From: an uncultured cyanobacterium
GTDB lineage: Bacteria; Cyanobacteriota; Cyanobacteriia; Cyanobacteriales; Nostocaceae
NCBI GenBank assembly: GCA_963706595.1
Contig: OY970166.1
Span: 2,368,001-2,432,000 of the forward strand
Direction: 5' to 3'
DNA length: 64,000 bases
How positions within the stretch are numbered: position 1 is the first letter of the stretch; every line of letters starts with the position of its first letter. Positions 19,107 through 28,954 of the stretch are shown one piece after another. Under the pieces are notes generated by a model. It was not told where the DNA came from and did not search any database. It saw nothing but the letters and a program-made list of their open reading frames with translations. The position numbers and the translations under genes are program-made.

Positions 19107-19670
19107 TTAAGGTCTTGCACAAGCTGCTTCACCAGCAACAGGATCGGGATAAATAGCTAAAGTGTGATAATCAGGAGCAATATCTTCATATAATATTCTG
19201 AAAGTATACAGTTTACTTCTACTTTGCTCTTCAGTAATAACTGTTAAAAGTGTATTGTCTGTTTGAGGCAGTCCGGGAATATTCAGCCTTTCAATTCGCC
19301 GCAGTTGAATCACATTGGCTGACGATTTTGCACAATCTCCTGAAGTCAAATTACGTTCTGCACCAAACTGCATACACATCGGTCCATCAAAATCCATAGT
19401 TACCTGTGATGGGTCGTTTAACCACACTTTTTTAATGGTTTCGCCAGCTGGCAAAAAGCTTAAATTGGTTCCTTGCTGATAGGAAACTTTGATAGTAGGT
19501 ACGACTCCTCCTAAACCTTGTGCATGGCAAGAAAACATGGAACGGAGAACGGAATTATTAGCTAAAACTCGACCTGTAAATAATAATATAGCTGCGGAAA
19601 AAATCAGAGAAGTCAGAGACAATAAATTAGGATATTTTAATTTTTTTTCTATCAAGTTAATATGTTTCAT
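19107..19670 (-). CDS. Exported protein, candidate VirB9-like T4SS component
   Basis: Signal peptide; beta-rich segment GTNLSFLPAGETIKKVWLNDPS; last gene of the operon. Confidence 0.5.
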   Translation of the reverse strand: MKHINLIEKKLKYPNLLSLTSLIFSAAILLFTGRVLANNSVLRSMFSCHAQGLGGVVPTIKVSYQQGTNLSFLPAGETIKKVWLNDPSQVTMDFDGPMCMQFGAERNLTSGDCAKSSANVIQLRRIERLNIPGLPQTDNTLLTVITEEQSRSKLYTFRILYEDIAPDYHTLAIYPDPVAGEAACARP

Positions 19671-19766
19671 GGCTGCAAATATGGAAGTGAGTTGATGACA
19701 AACATAAAAGAGGTTTAGATACCCGACTTCTTAAAGAAGTCGGGTATCTATCTATTCAACTACGAA

Positions 19767-21311
19767 CTATAATTGCATGGTTCTATTGATGTATATTTCT
19801 ACTTCTTTACCAGCTGGCATAAACCAAACATTTGTTTGTTGCATCATGCGGGCGATCGCTTGTTGATTACGTTGTGAAATTTGGGGTACTACAGAGTTTA
19901 AACCACCTTCTAAAATTCCAGCCGGAATATTGCGTCTATTGTTATTGTTGGTGACGACGGTGCTACCATCCCCAACTGTGACTCTGGATTCAGTCCGATT
20001 AAATAACTCGGCTCCTTTACCAATTCCTCCCAAAACAAATAGCCCTAAATCCATTCCCGCTATCGATGTTCCTTGATTGGGATATTTATCTGCTACTAAA
20101 GGTTTCCCTTGGGGAGCGCGAACCATCATGGCATTACTGGGTAAGCTCTTTTCTCTGAGTTCGCCGTTATCTTCTGAAATCACTTTAACTACATTCAACC
20201 GCAGTAGCCCTTGTTCGGAAATAGAACTAATTTCAGCTAATAATTCCGTATTCACAGGTAAAGCGATCGCACCATCAACTGATTTTAGTGGATTTGTCAA
20301 ACGCAAAACAAATACATTACCGTCTTCATTACTTTCATTATTCTTTGACTTAGTAGTTTCTCCAAATACAGCTGTTGCTAAAACAGCTTTGACACTACTC
20401 CCAACTTTGATAGATTTCGAGCTTTGTGATGGTGCTTGGCTGACTAAATTATCTGGCTGTGGTGGCGTTGGTTCCGGGTTAGAATTGCTGACTTGGGCTG
20501 CTTGAGGATTAATTTTTGGTACAGATAAAGCTGTATCCACTCTCGATTGAGCAGTGGTATTCACCTGACCATAGCTACCTAACTTGGCTAACCTTGTCCA
20601 TTCCTCCAGGGGGTCTGGTGGAGATGGTGGAGTCTCTGGAGTTGCAACTGCTATCGGTGCGGGTAGAGGTGTAGGCGCTATAGCAACTGGCGCAGCAGCA
20701 GGCCTTTCCACAATTCGCTCCACAGTGACTATACGAGGTTGAGGTATAGAAGCCGTTTGCACAGGTTTAGGTATGCTTTCTCTCACCTGTGGAGTTTCCA
20801 CCCGCGCAGCTACTCTATTTCTGAGATTTTGTTGAGCTGCTGTCACTGTCTGTGCTTGTTCAGCTAGGGCTAATTTCGTTTTGAGAATCTCAACTTCCTG
20901 CTCTAAATTACGCTGCGGGGATTCACTGATTGTAGGTAATGGTGCTGTTGAGGAAACAGGATTATTTTTTGGCTGTTGATTGCTGGTATTCATTACCTGC
21001 GATAAAAATACCCCAGCAACTACCACTATAACCAAGGTAGCACTACCCACCAAAGCTAATTTAGCAAAGGGATTATCTGCAAGAGATTGCTCAGTTTGGA
21101 CTTCTTCTGGTTGAGACTGGGAAAGTTGCAAATTAGCTGAGTCTGTTTCTACTGTTTCAACGTTGACTTGTGGAGATTCTTCTTCAAAGCCAACCAATTT
21201 AGCCATTCTCGATTCCCAATCTGAAGAGTTTACTTCTGGTTCCTGCTGGTCTGGGATTGGTTTGACTAAATATTTTGCAGAAAGTTCGGGATGAATTGAA
21301 TAAGAAGTCAT
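19767..21311 (-). CDS. TrbI/VirB10-like protein
   Basis: Single TM, coiled coil, Pro-rich linker, C-terminal domain from IKVGSSVKAVL to MPAGKEVEIYIN. Confidence 0.75.
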   Translation of the reverse strand: MTSYSIHPELSAKYLVKPIPDQQEPEVNSSDWESRMAKLVGFEEESPQVNVETVETDSANLQLSQSQPEEVQTEQSLADNPFAKLALVGSATLVIVVVAGVFLSQVMNTSNQQPKNNPVSSTAPLPTISESPQRNLEQEVEILKTKLALAEQAQTVTAAQQNLRNRVAARVETPQVRESIPKPVQTASIPQPRIVTVERIVERPAAAPVAIAPTPLPAPIAVATPETPPSPPDPLEEWTRLAKLGSYGQVNTTAQSRVDTALSVPKINPQAAQVSNSNPEPTPPQPDNLVSQAPSQSSKSIKVGSSVKAVLATAVFGETTKSKNNESNEDGNVFVLRLTNPLKSVDGAIALPVNTELLAEISSISEQGLLRLNVVKVISEDNGELREKSLPSNAMMVRAPQGKPLVADKYPNQGTSIAGMDLGLFVLGGIGKGAELFNRTESRVTVGDGSTVVTNNNNRRNIPAGILEGGLNSVVPQISQRNQQAIARMMQQTNVWFMPAGKEVEIYINRTMQL

Positions 21312-21313
21312 AC

Positions 21314-21365
21314 AATTTTAGATTTTAGATTTTGGATTTTGGATTTTAGATTGCGGATTTTCGAT
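21314..21365. repeat. STRR-type heptamer tandem (atttt(a/g)g)n
   Basis: About 7 units; a second tract at 23133-23165. Confidence 0.8.
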
Positions 21366-21442
21366 TGATTCTACAGATAAATATGGCTGGGTGCTTGTAA
21401 AATTAAGGCGTATTGCTCATGGTGTATTAAATGGTAATAATG

Positions 21443-22123
21443 TCAAGAACAATTGTTGTCTTTGATATCACATATCTCATAAATTTCTAGCCTAGCTTCG
21501 CCCAAACGGTAAGCGGCTAAATGCCACGGTAATGGTTTGGCTGGGAGTGAAATTGCTGGTTCATCTATGGCGCGGACTAAAATTTTTTTATTGAACGCAG
21601 TTGATATTCCCAGATTATTAGAACCACTAAAATTTAATTGATTAGCCAATATTTCTATTTTCCATTCACCATCAGCTATTTTTGTGGGTTGAGAGACTTT
21701 TTCTACTATTAATATATATTCAGTTGCCTGATTAATATTGGCTAATTGTCCTGTAGGATTTAAGTTAGTAATTTCTGCCTGAAACTTGGGTTTCAAATTA
21801 GGCGCTAAGAGTTGTGAACTAATTTCCCATACTGTAACAGGTGGCTGTTTCTGTGACCAAGTAAGCATCAGAGTCATGGTTTCACCCACAAAGCGGCGGA
21901 TTGTTTCTGGATGTCTTTGATCAGTTTGTTGAGGATTTACAGTAATCGCCCGACCATCAACAAGTTGCACCAAGCTTTCGGGTGTTAACTGCCGTTTTAA
22001 ATCCTGAATCATAGAACCGTGGAACAAAAGTAATAGCAAGCTAAATAGATGTAAACCGAATGTTCCTACAGCTAATAATGGCAATATACTACTTTTTTTG
22101 TTTTCTGGCTTAACTAATTGCAT
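21443..22123 (-). CDS. Bitopic membrane protein, candidate VirB8-like
   Basis: N-terminal TM, LVQLVDG, PETIRRFVGETM...W, FNKKILVRAID; paralog of 22305-23129. Confidence 0.55.
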   Translation of the reverse strand: MQLVKPENKKSSILPLLAVGTFGLHLFSLLLLLFHGSMIQDLKRQLTPESLVQLVDGRAITVNPQQTDQRHPETIRRFVGETMTLMLTWSQKQPPVTVWEISSQLLAPNLKPKFQAEITNLNPTGQLANINQATEYILIVEKVSQPTKIADGEWKIEILANQLNFSGSNNLGISTAFNKKILVRAIDEPAISLPAKPLPWHLAAYRLGEARLEIYEICDIKDNNCS

Positions 22124-22304
22124 AAATACGCACCATATAAATTATCAATAAGAACATCTCAATTAAAAAAAACTGACGAAGACCGAACCAAAAAACCTAT
22201 CAAACCCTCTTTCCTTGGCGTTCTTTGCGTCTTCTCCCAAAGGGAGAGGCTAGCGCCAAGGCGGTTCGTTCTTCCATTACTCCCTTTAATTCATTAATAA
22301 AAAA

Positions 22305-23129
22305 CTATCTTGTAAAACTATCAGAACTTATTTGCCTACCACAAGGGTTTGATTTATCCTCACCGAGATTACTATAATTATCCAATAAACATAAATTCCG
22401 AATTTCGTAAATTTCTAATTTGTCAGCCCGATTGCTATAAATTGCTTTTTGAATGTCGGTAGTATTATTAGCTAGAGGATAGGGAAAATAATCTACTGCA
22501 CGCACCAGGAAGTCTTTATTAAAGGGTGTGACTATTTTTCGATCATCATCCTGTTTTTTTTGAATCAGGTCGGCTACCATACCGACGCGCCACTTACCAG
22601 GGGCTATTTGTTCGGGAGGATAAATTCGTTGGATAAGTAATTCTGCTGATATCACTTGACTAGGATTGTTAGAGAATACTTCTGGTGGTGTCATTTGCGC
22701 GATCGCACTTAAAAAACCTTTACGAAAATCTTCGGATAGTGCAAAACTCGCGACCCAACTGCTGGTAGTCACTTTTTGGCTACCACCTGCTAGGGTTCTC
22801 ACCTGGATTCCGGGATCTGGTTGGGGTTTTGCAGCTGCTTCTATAGTTTGTGGTGGTAGAGTTCCCGACCAGTTAAACATGGCTATCATGGTTTTACTGA
22901 TGAATTGGCGAATGGCTTCGGGGTCTCTGGCTAAATCATCAACAGCAGCGACGGGTTGACCATCGATCATTTGTACAAAGTTAGGCGGTTTTCTCAGGCT
23001 GAGTTGGCGAATATTCAACCCTTGCAAGATGAATAAAACTAACACTAATAGATGTAAACTAAAGGTGGCGATCGCAAAGATTTTTAAAACATCTCTGGTG
23101 GGTTTTCTTTTCTGAAGTAAATTGGTCAT
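22305..23129 (-). CDS. Bitopic membrane protein, candidate VirB8-like
   Basis: N-terminal TM, FVQMIDG, PEAIRQFISKTM...W, FNKDFLVRAVD. Confidence 0.55.
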   Translation of the reverse strand: MTNLLQKRKPTRDVLKIFAIATFSLHLLVLVLFILQGLNIRQLSLRKPPNFVQMIDGQPVAAVDDLARDPEAIRQFISKTMIAMFNWSGTLPPQTIEAAAKPQPDPGIQVRTLAGGSQKVTTSSWVASFALSEDFRKGFLSAIAQMTPPEVFSNNPSQVISAELLIQRIYPPEQIAPGKWRVGMVADLIQKKQDDDRKIVTPFNKDFLVRAVDYFPYPLANNTTDIQKAIYSNRADKLEIYEIRNLCLLDNYSNLGEDKSNPCGRQISSDSFTR

Positions 23130-23195
23130 ACAATTTTGGATTTTAGATTTTGGATTTTGGATTTACCCTACAGATATATCTAGAGGATTGAAAAT

Positions 23196-24245
23196 TTATA
23201 TCCTATCTTTGACCACAGCAGTGGTATTATTAATCGCACTAAAAACCGCAAATCCTCCAGCCCCAGCCACAGCTAAAGATAATAATGGGGCTAAAATTCC
23301 TAGAAAAATTATGAACCACATTAAGTCAGGATTAGCATTAGGATTTTCGGCTGGACCATTAATTACAACTGCGGCGGTGACAGCAGCAATTATATTAAAT
23401 GAAATCTTGGCAATTCCCGCCGAGAAAAAACCTGTCAGCCACGCATAAATCGGTTTACCAGCTACAGGTAGCAAAGATGCACCCACAGCCAACGGACCTA
23501 AAGCAGCTATCAGCAACATAGAAGCTTCTATTAAATTTTGAAAGGCATATTGCAAGGAAATTAAAAAGCTTTTAATACTGGTTTGGGCTGTATTACCCAA
23601 CAAAGAATTAAAGGTAGTATCTGATAAATTCTCTGTCCCAAATTTCAGCGAAATTACCTGATTTTCCAGTCTTTGAATCCAGATTCTATTCCCGTATAAA
23701 TTTCTATATTCTTGCCAAAGGTTATCTATTTGGTCGCTGGCTTGAGCAAAACATTGGGTTTGTTGTTCTCCTGTGAGTGATTGACAAGGACGTAGTAAAG
23801 AACCAGCCACTTCTTCAGCCAAACTCATATTTAGTGCTTGCTGATAAGTTTGTTCAGCATCTGCTGTAGTCACTACTTGCTGATTGACTGTATTAATAAA
23901 GTTTCTAACTTCCAAGGTCAAATTAGAAAGTATGCTACCATCTCCCCCATTACTTAATAACATGACTACGATAAAAGGCCAAATTAAACCCGTTATTGGG
24001 CGGGAATATTCACTGTATATAACATCTTTGAGCCATTGCATCATAAAAAATAATAGAGTTCCTACAGCAAAAAATACACCCAGATTTGTGAGCGCTCCAT
24101 ATAAATTGTTACTGGTATTATTTTGTAATAAATCTAGCCATTGATTATCCCAACTTTCAGCCATGCTTCTCGCCGTTACAGCACCACTATCGAAAGTTTC
24201 ATTGATACCAATTTCCGGGAATATTTGTAAAATATAAAGCTGCAT
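23196..24245 (-). CDS. Polytopic membrane protein, candidate VirB6/TrbL-like
   Basis: Two N-terminal TMs, large loop, C-terminal TMs with GPLAVGASLLP...W. Confidence 0.6.
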   Translation of the reverse strand: MQLYILQIFPEIGINETFDSGAVTARSMAESWDNQWLDLLQNNTSNNLYGALTNLGVFFAVGTLLFFMMQWLKDVIYSEYSRPITGLIWPFIVVMLLSNGGDGSILSNLTLEVRNFINTVNQQVVTTADAEQTYQQALNMSLAEEVAGSLLRPCQSLTGEQQTQCFAQASDQIDNLWQEYRNLYGNRIWIQRLENQVISLKFGTENLSDTTFNSLLGNTAQTSIKSFLISLQYAFQNLIEASMLLIAALGPLAVGASLLPVAGKPIYAWLTGFFSAGIAKISFNIIAAVTAAVVINGPAENPNANPDLMWFIIFLGILAPLLSLAVAGAGGFAVFSAINNTTAVVKDRI

Positions 24246-24261
24246 TTTAGTTCACAATTTC

Positions 24262-25047
24262 CTAATTCTCTTCTCTACCAAACAAATCGATTTGGGCTGT
24301 AGTCCGCATCAGTCTTGCAGTTTCCGTGGCTGAATCTACTCGACGCGAGCGATTCATCTCATCCATTTGCTGGGAAATACTTGCTAAATTTAAATTAGAG
24401 TATTGTAGAGATTGATTTGATTGCACTGTCTGAGCCAATGTTTCTCCAATAATTTTTGATTGCTCACTTTGAATCTTCAGAGTTTGTAATTGCAAATTAA
24501 TTTGACCAACATTTGTCTGTGCTGATAACTGTTGAGCCGCATCTTGAATTAGCGGAATTTTGCCCATAATTTCAGTGATTAAGTTTTGGTTATTTTGCTC
24601 TGCATTATTGGCAGTTTCTATAATCGTGATAATTGTGTTCTCAGTCTGATCTAACTTGTCTTTTAACCGTCGTTGTCCATCTCTACCCATGAGACTTTCT
24701 ACTGAACTGCGAGTAATTAGACGGTTCAGTTCATTACTTACCGCATTTGATTGCACAACCGGATTATTTTCAAATTTATCTGTTGTCGGGTTAAATAATA
24801 TATCCTGGCGAAAACTTTTCCCAGCCTCAATCGGATTAGGTAAATTCAATTCTCCTGTGGAATTATTTAGCGCGTTTTGACCTCTAACCTCTAAAGGTCT
24901 TAAGGTTTCGCTGAGATTATTTCTGAGATAATTTTGCATATCCACAGAGTAATATTGAAAGTCTGTCCAAACTCTGCCTAATTGTGCCATTGCTGGTAGC
25001 ACTAATAAGCCGGAAAGAGTTAGTGTCAAAAATGTAGTTTTTCGCAT
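24262..25047 (-). CDS. Exported helical Gln/Asn-rich protein, candidate VirB5/TrbJ-like
   Basis: Signal peptide MRKTTF...PAMA from ATG 25047; coiled-coil-like composition; lies between VirB4- and VirB6-like genes. Confidence 0.55.
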   Translation of the reverse strand: MRKTTFLTLTLSGLLVLPAMAQLGRVWTDFQYYSVDMQNYLRNNLSETLRPLEVRGQNALNNSTGELNLPNPIEAGKSFRQDILFNPTTDKFENNPVVQSNAVSNELNRLITRSSVESLMGRDGQRRLKDKLDQTENTIITIIETANNAEQNNQNLITEIMGKIPLIQDAAQQLSAQTNVGQINLQLQTLKIQSEQSKIIGETLAQTVQSNQSLQYSNLNLASISQQMDEMNRSRRVDSATETARLMRTTAQIDLFGREEN

Positions 25048-25189
25048 ATATTTTGAAGGGATGAGGGAGGAACGAACCGCCAAGTACGCCAAGTGCGCCA
25101 AGGAAAGAGGAAGGAAAGAGATTCGGTGCAGTTATTCAAATCCAAATTTAATTCTCTGCGCCTCTGCGCCTCTGCGTGAGATTCCTTTC

Positions 25190-27937
25190 TCAACTCCCCC
25201 GCAACGAAGCGATTAACTGGCGTGCAAATACAGAAATTGCTTCATATTTATCCCTGTGTTGTAGCATGGCTTTTTGACGTGCAGTTTGTTCATTGGGGTT
25301 GTTAGCAACTACTGCTAATTGCTCAAACCCTGGATAGTAACGACAGAATGTATAAATGCCGTTATCATCTAACAACCATTGACTATAAATACCTTCTTTA
25401 CGAGGAAAAAAGCTTTCTGTAGCATTACGCGCAATAATATCACGGGGATATTTTAAAATGTTCACAAAACTATCTACTGCTACTGGTTGAATTCTCCCAA
25501 TTAATCTGGTTGACAAGTTTTGTAAAATCTTTGATGCGGCTTTAGATTTGGCGATAGTATCAGGGTCTTGTGCTGATAAAATGACTCGAATCCCGGCTTT
25601 CGCACCGTTAGCGCAAATTCTGCCCACTAAATCAGCAATTTGATCAAATTCAAATAATATTGGGGCTTCGTCAATGAAGAAGATAGAAGCTGGACTACTT
25701 AACGCCCGTCGTAAAGCGGCGGAATAAGCACTTAAAGACAGTACGGCTGCGTCTTCGTTATCTGAGAGGTTCCGCAATGCAAATACTAAAAGTTGTGCGT
25801 CGGTGGGAAAGCTAGATGGTGCAGAAATAGACTGTCCGACGCGACTCGAAAGCCAAAACCGTAACCGCAGTTGAATTTGACTGAGTGCGTCATCTACGCG
25901 ACCACTCAGAGAATCTAATTGCAGATGTTCTGGGGAACAGAAACAGAGAAAGTCTTTTAAAGTGGGGGTTTTTTGCCAAGCTTCACTCCCAAATCCGCCG
26001 GCTATAGCTTGTTTATATCGTTCTTGAATCCCTGTATCTGCAAAGAAAGCGCTTAAAGCCAAGTTGAGTAGGGAACGCACGGTTTGGGACAACAGTTGGT
26101 TTTCGGTGGATGACCCTAAAACCATTGTCATTAATGCTGATTCTAAGAACCCAGTATAATCCAATAGGCGATCGCGTTGTATTTCTGGAGAGAGCGATCG
26201 CAAATCAGGCTGCTCAAATAAATTATTGGCTTGTTTAGAAATATCAAAATAGGCTCCATTCCCCTCCATAAATTCTGTATAGTCAGTAAAGGTAGATGAA
26301 CCATCAGGTTTAGGAAAATCCAAAGCCACCACAGGAATCCCATGCGCTAAAGCCTGAGTTAAAATTCCCGATACCAAAACCGATTTACCAGCACGAGTAG
26401 TAGCAAACAAAGCTAAATTTTTGTGTTGGTTAAACAAATCTAAATGTATGGGAGTTCCCCCTTCTTCAGCAATTAATTCAAAACCGTGACTATCTCCTGC
26501 TTTAGTTAACACTAAAGGCATTAATCCGGGAACTTCACTGGTTAAATATAACTGACGACGGTTGAAAGGTTTTACTAACAAACCCTCCCAAACTATGGGT
26601 AAAGATTGCAGCCAAATTTTCCAAGTATATTCTATTTCTCTAATGACTTGCGCTGGTCTTTGAAAACAGTTTTCTATATATCTTGTGGCTTCATCTAATT
26701 TGGCTACAGTGGGACGATGAACAAAAATAACTATGCTTGTGTATATCGGTACTGCTCCTTCATATAATTGTTCTTGGGCTGCTACCGATTTTTTTAATTT
26801 TAATTGAGCATTAACATCAATAGTTTTACTTTTTTCTTGAGCCATAAGTGCTGTCATATTCGACTGTTTCAGCACTCGTTGCAAAGTGTTTTTAACTATA
26901 GCTGGATTAGCGGCGGTTAACTCGCAAAATATTTCTGTATCTACTATTGTTTCTCTGGCTAATAATTCCCATAAATAACGCATCTGAGCAAATTTATTTG
27001 GCCAACCACCGGGCTTTTCTAGAAACGTTAATGCCCCAATATAGCGATTTTTGACATTTACCCAACGGCGGTCAGCACAGGGTACATTAGACTCCATCAA
27101 CAAAGTTGTACTGTGGATATTTTCGATCAGTAACTTGGTACTAGCTAAGTCTGAATTAACTTGCTCATGTAGTCCATTTTCATCTAACTGAATTAATTGA
27201 GGAATTTCTATCGGTTGTGTATCATTAAATTTTTTCCAGGCGTGTTCCCATAATTGTTCCGCATTTAAAGGTTTGACATCTAACCCCATTTTGTTAGATA
27301 AAAGCTGTTCCCAACGAGAAAATCCTTGTTGGTAAGCTTTAATAATCAGAGTTTCGATGCGCTGGTTTTGAACTTCTGCCAGTTCACCTTTAAATTTTAA
27401 CCACCATAATTCACCTTTGGATAAAAGTTTTTCAATCCAATCATCTGTATGTGTAGTATTCGGTTCAATAGTATAAGTCACATAAATTTGGAGAAATTTC
27501 GGTTTACGAATTCCAGATTTAGTAAGTTCTTGAATTCTAGCTCTTTCTGCTGTTAATAAGAATTTAATATCCCGTGATGGTGTCCGCTTGACTAAATCGG
27601 CTAGTTCTGTTTGTCGTTTGGTGTCAGAACTAAAAGACCCTATATGTAAAGTCATTTTTTCACCTTCAGGAATATCTTTTAAACCTGATTCGATATTATT
27701 AAAAATTGTGTCTATTTGTTCAGACCGTAAAGTAGTATGAATGCCTCGACACTCAAACCCAAACACAAAGCAAAACCGATCTTTTTGGGTTTCTTTGTTC
27801 AAAATGTAAGCGCCGATATCACGACCATCCAGGGAAATGCGTAACATTGTTGCCAAATGTAAAGCATCTTCAAATGGTGTTAATCTACTTTCTTTGCCGG
27901 CGATGCTTAGGCTTTGTTTTCCGATTTTTTGCTTCAT
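25190..27937 (-). CDS. VirB4-like type IV secretion ATPase (915 aa)
   Basis: Walker A ATTRAGKS, Walker B FFIDEAP, GAKAGIRVILSAQ; overlaps an upstream VirB3-like gene. Confidence 0.8.
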   Translation of the reverse strand: MKQKIGKQSLSIAGKESRLTPFEDALHLATMLRISLDGRDIGAYILNKETQKDRFCFVFGFECRGIHTTLRSEQIDTIFNNIESGLKDIPEGEKMTLHIGSFSSDTKRQTELADLVKRTPSRDIKFLLTAERARIQELTKSGIRKPKFLQIYVTYTIEPNTTHTDDWIEKLLSKGELWWLKFKGELAEVQNQRIETLIIKAYQQGFSRWEQLLSNKMGLDVKPLNAEQLWEHAWKKFNDTQPIEIPQLIQLDENGLHEQVNSDLASTKLLIENIHSTTLLMESNVPCADRRWVNVKNRYIGALTFLEKPGGWPNKFAQMRYLWELLARETIVDTEIFCELTAANPAIVKNTLQRVLKQSNMTALMAQEKSKTIDVNAQLKLKKSVAAQEQLYEGAVPIYTSIVIFVHRPTVAKLDEATRYIENCFQRPAQVIREIEYTWKIWLQSLPIVWEGLLVKPFNRRQLYLTSEVPGLMPLVLTKAGDSHGFELIAEEGGTPIHLDLFNQHKNLALFATTRAGKSVLVSGILTQALAHGIPVVALDFPKPDGSSTFTDYTEFMEGNGAYFDISKQANNLFEQPDLRSLSPEIQRDRLLDYTGFLESALMTMVLGSSTENQLLSQTVRSLLNLALSAFFADTGIQERYKQAIAGGFGSEAWQKTPTLKDFLCFCSPEHLQLDSLSGRVDDALSQIQLRLRFWLSSRVGQSISAPSSFPTDAQLLVFALRNLSDNEDAAVLSLSAYSAALRRALSSPASIFFIDEAPILFEFDQIADLVGRICANGAKAGIRVILSAQDPDTIAKSKAASKILQNLSTRLIGRIQPVAVDSFVNILKYPRDIIARNATESFFPRKEGIYSQWLLDDNGIYTFCRYYPGFEQLAVVANNPNEQTARQKAMLQHRDKYEAISVFARQLIASLRGS

Positions 27938-28262
27938 GGTTAACTTCTAACAAGCTTTGATAACGTGCAAAGCCTCTTGTCCAAGTGGGAACTCCCACGA
28001 ATTTGCTTAAAAAGCGCCAACTCCTACCACCACTTAAAATCCACCAAGTTGCTATTCCCCAACCGGCAATTAATACTGTCCATAACCATCTTTGGAAATC
28101 ATCTGCAAAAATCCCCCCAAAAACTCCATTAACTACAAAGTAAGCCGCTAAAATAATCACAATCCAAGGAAAGATTTGGTCAGCAGGAATTGGCCCTAAT
28201 GATGGTTGTGACCCTAGTATCTGATTGACTGGACGAAATTCTGGCTCTCTTTCTTGAGTCAT
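27885..28262 (-). CDS. Small two-TM protein, candidate VirB3-like
   Basis: Two hydrophobic segments and basic tail; overlaps the ATPase start. Confidence 0.6.
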   Translation of the reverse strand: MTQEREPEFRPVNQILGSQPSLGPIPADQIFPWIVIILAAYFVVNGVFGGIFADDFQRWLWTVLIAGWGIATWWILSGGRSWRFLSKFVGVPTWTRGFARYQSLLEVNHEAKNRKTKPKHRRQRK

Positions 28263-28337
28263 AAATTTTTAGTTCGTAATTCGTAATTACTATTGCATTG
28301 GGTTCTTAACCATTGAATATTTTAGTTAGGTACTTAT

Positions 28338-28954
28338 CTAATTACTACTATCACCAATTACAAAGCCTGTCAGGACATCAGCAACAGTGACAGCGACTAC
28401 TACTAATAAAGGAACTCTGGCGATACTCTGCCAATCTTCATCTTTACGCACTGCATTAATTACACCAATCAGAGAAACTGCAATATAGAGTAAATAAATT
28501 GCCCTTAACACATTGAATATTAAGCTGACGGCTGGTTGGCTATTGTTACTGTTTCCTGTCCCTTGAGTTAAAGTATTGCGGAAAAAATCTTCAGCTCTAC
28601 CAAAAAATTGTGCATATACAGGTGCAGCAAAATAGTCTAACCAGAATAAACACAGGATGATAGATCCTGCTAATATTTGTAATAGTATAAGCCATCGCTT
28701 TGGCAAATGCACTTGCTGTCCAACTTGTTGCATGACTATTGCGATTAAACTACCCGCTAGCAAACAAAAAAGCAGCATGGGACTTTTTAAGCTAATTACG
28801 CTTAAAAACACACGCACAAGCCATCAAAAATGGCACGGATTCAACTATGCTCAGATGCCATGATTCCCACAACCTTTGTCAATTTGTCAGATGTTTTCGT
28901 TGCACTAGCAGTTAAACCTTTGCTGAGTCTTCTCACACTGGATTTTCTAGACAT
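28338..28954 (-). CDS. Membrane protein with VirB2/TrbC pilin-like C-terminal part; probable true start 28954 with two +1 frameshifts
   Basis: ORF 28338-28817 has an APVYA|QFF cleavage-like site then two TMs; removing single bases at about 28879 and 28804-28808 gives a 204-aa ORF from ATG 28954. Confidence 0.55.

Noticed and set aside
19107..28954. Complete ICE or conjugative element
   Set aside because: No integrase, relaxase, coupling protein, tRNA target or att-like direct repeats recognised
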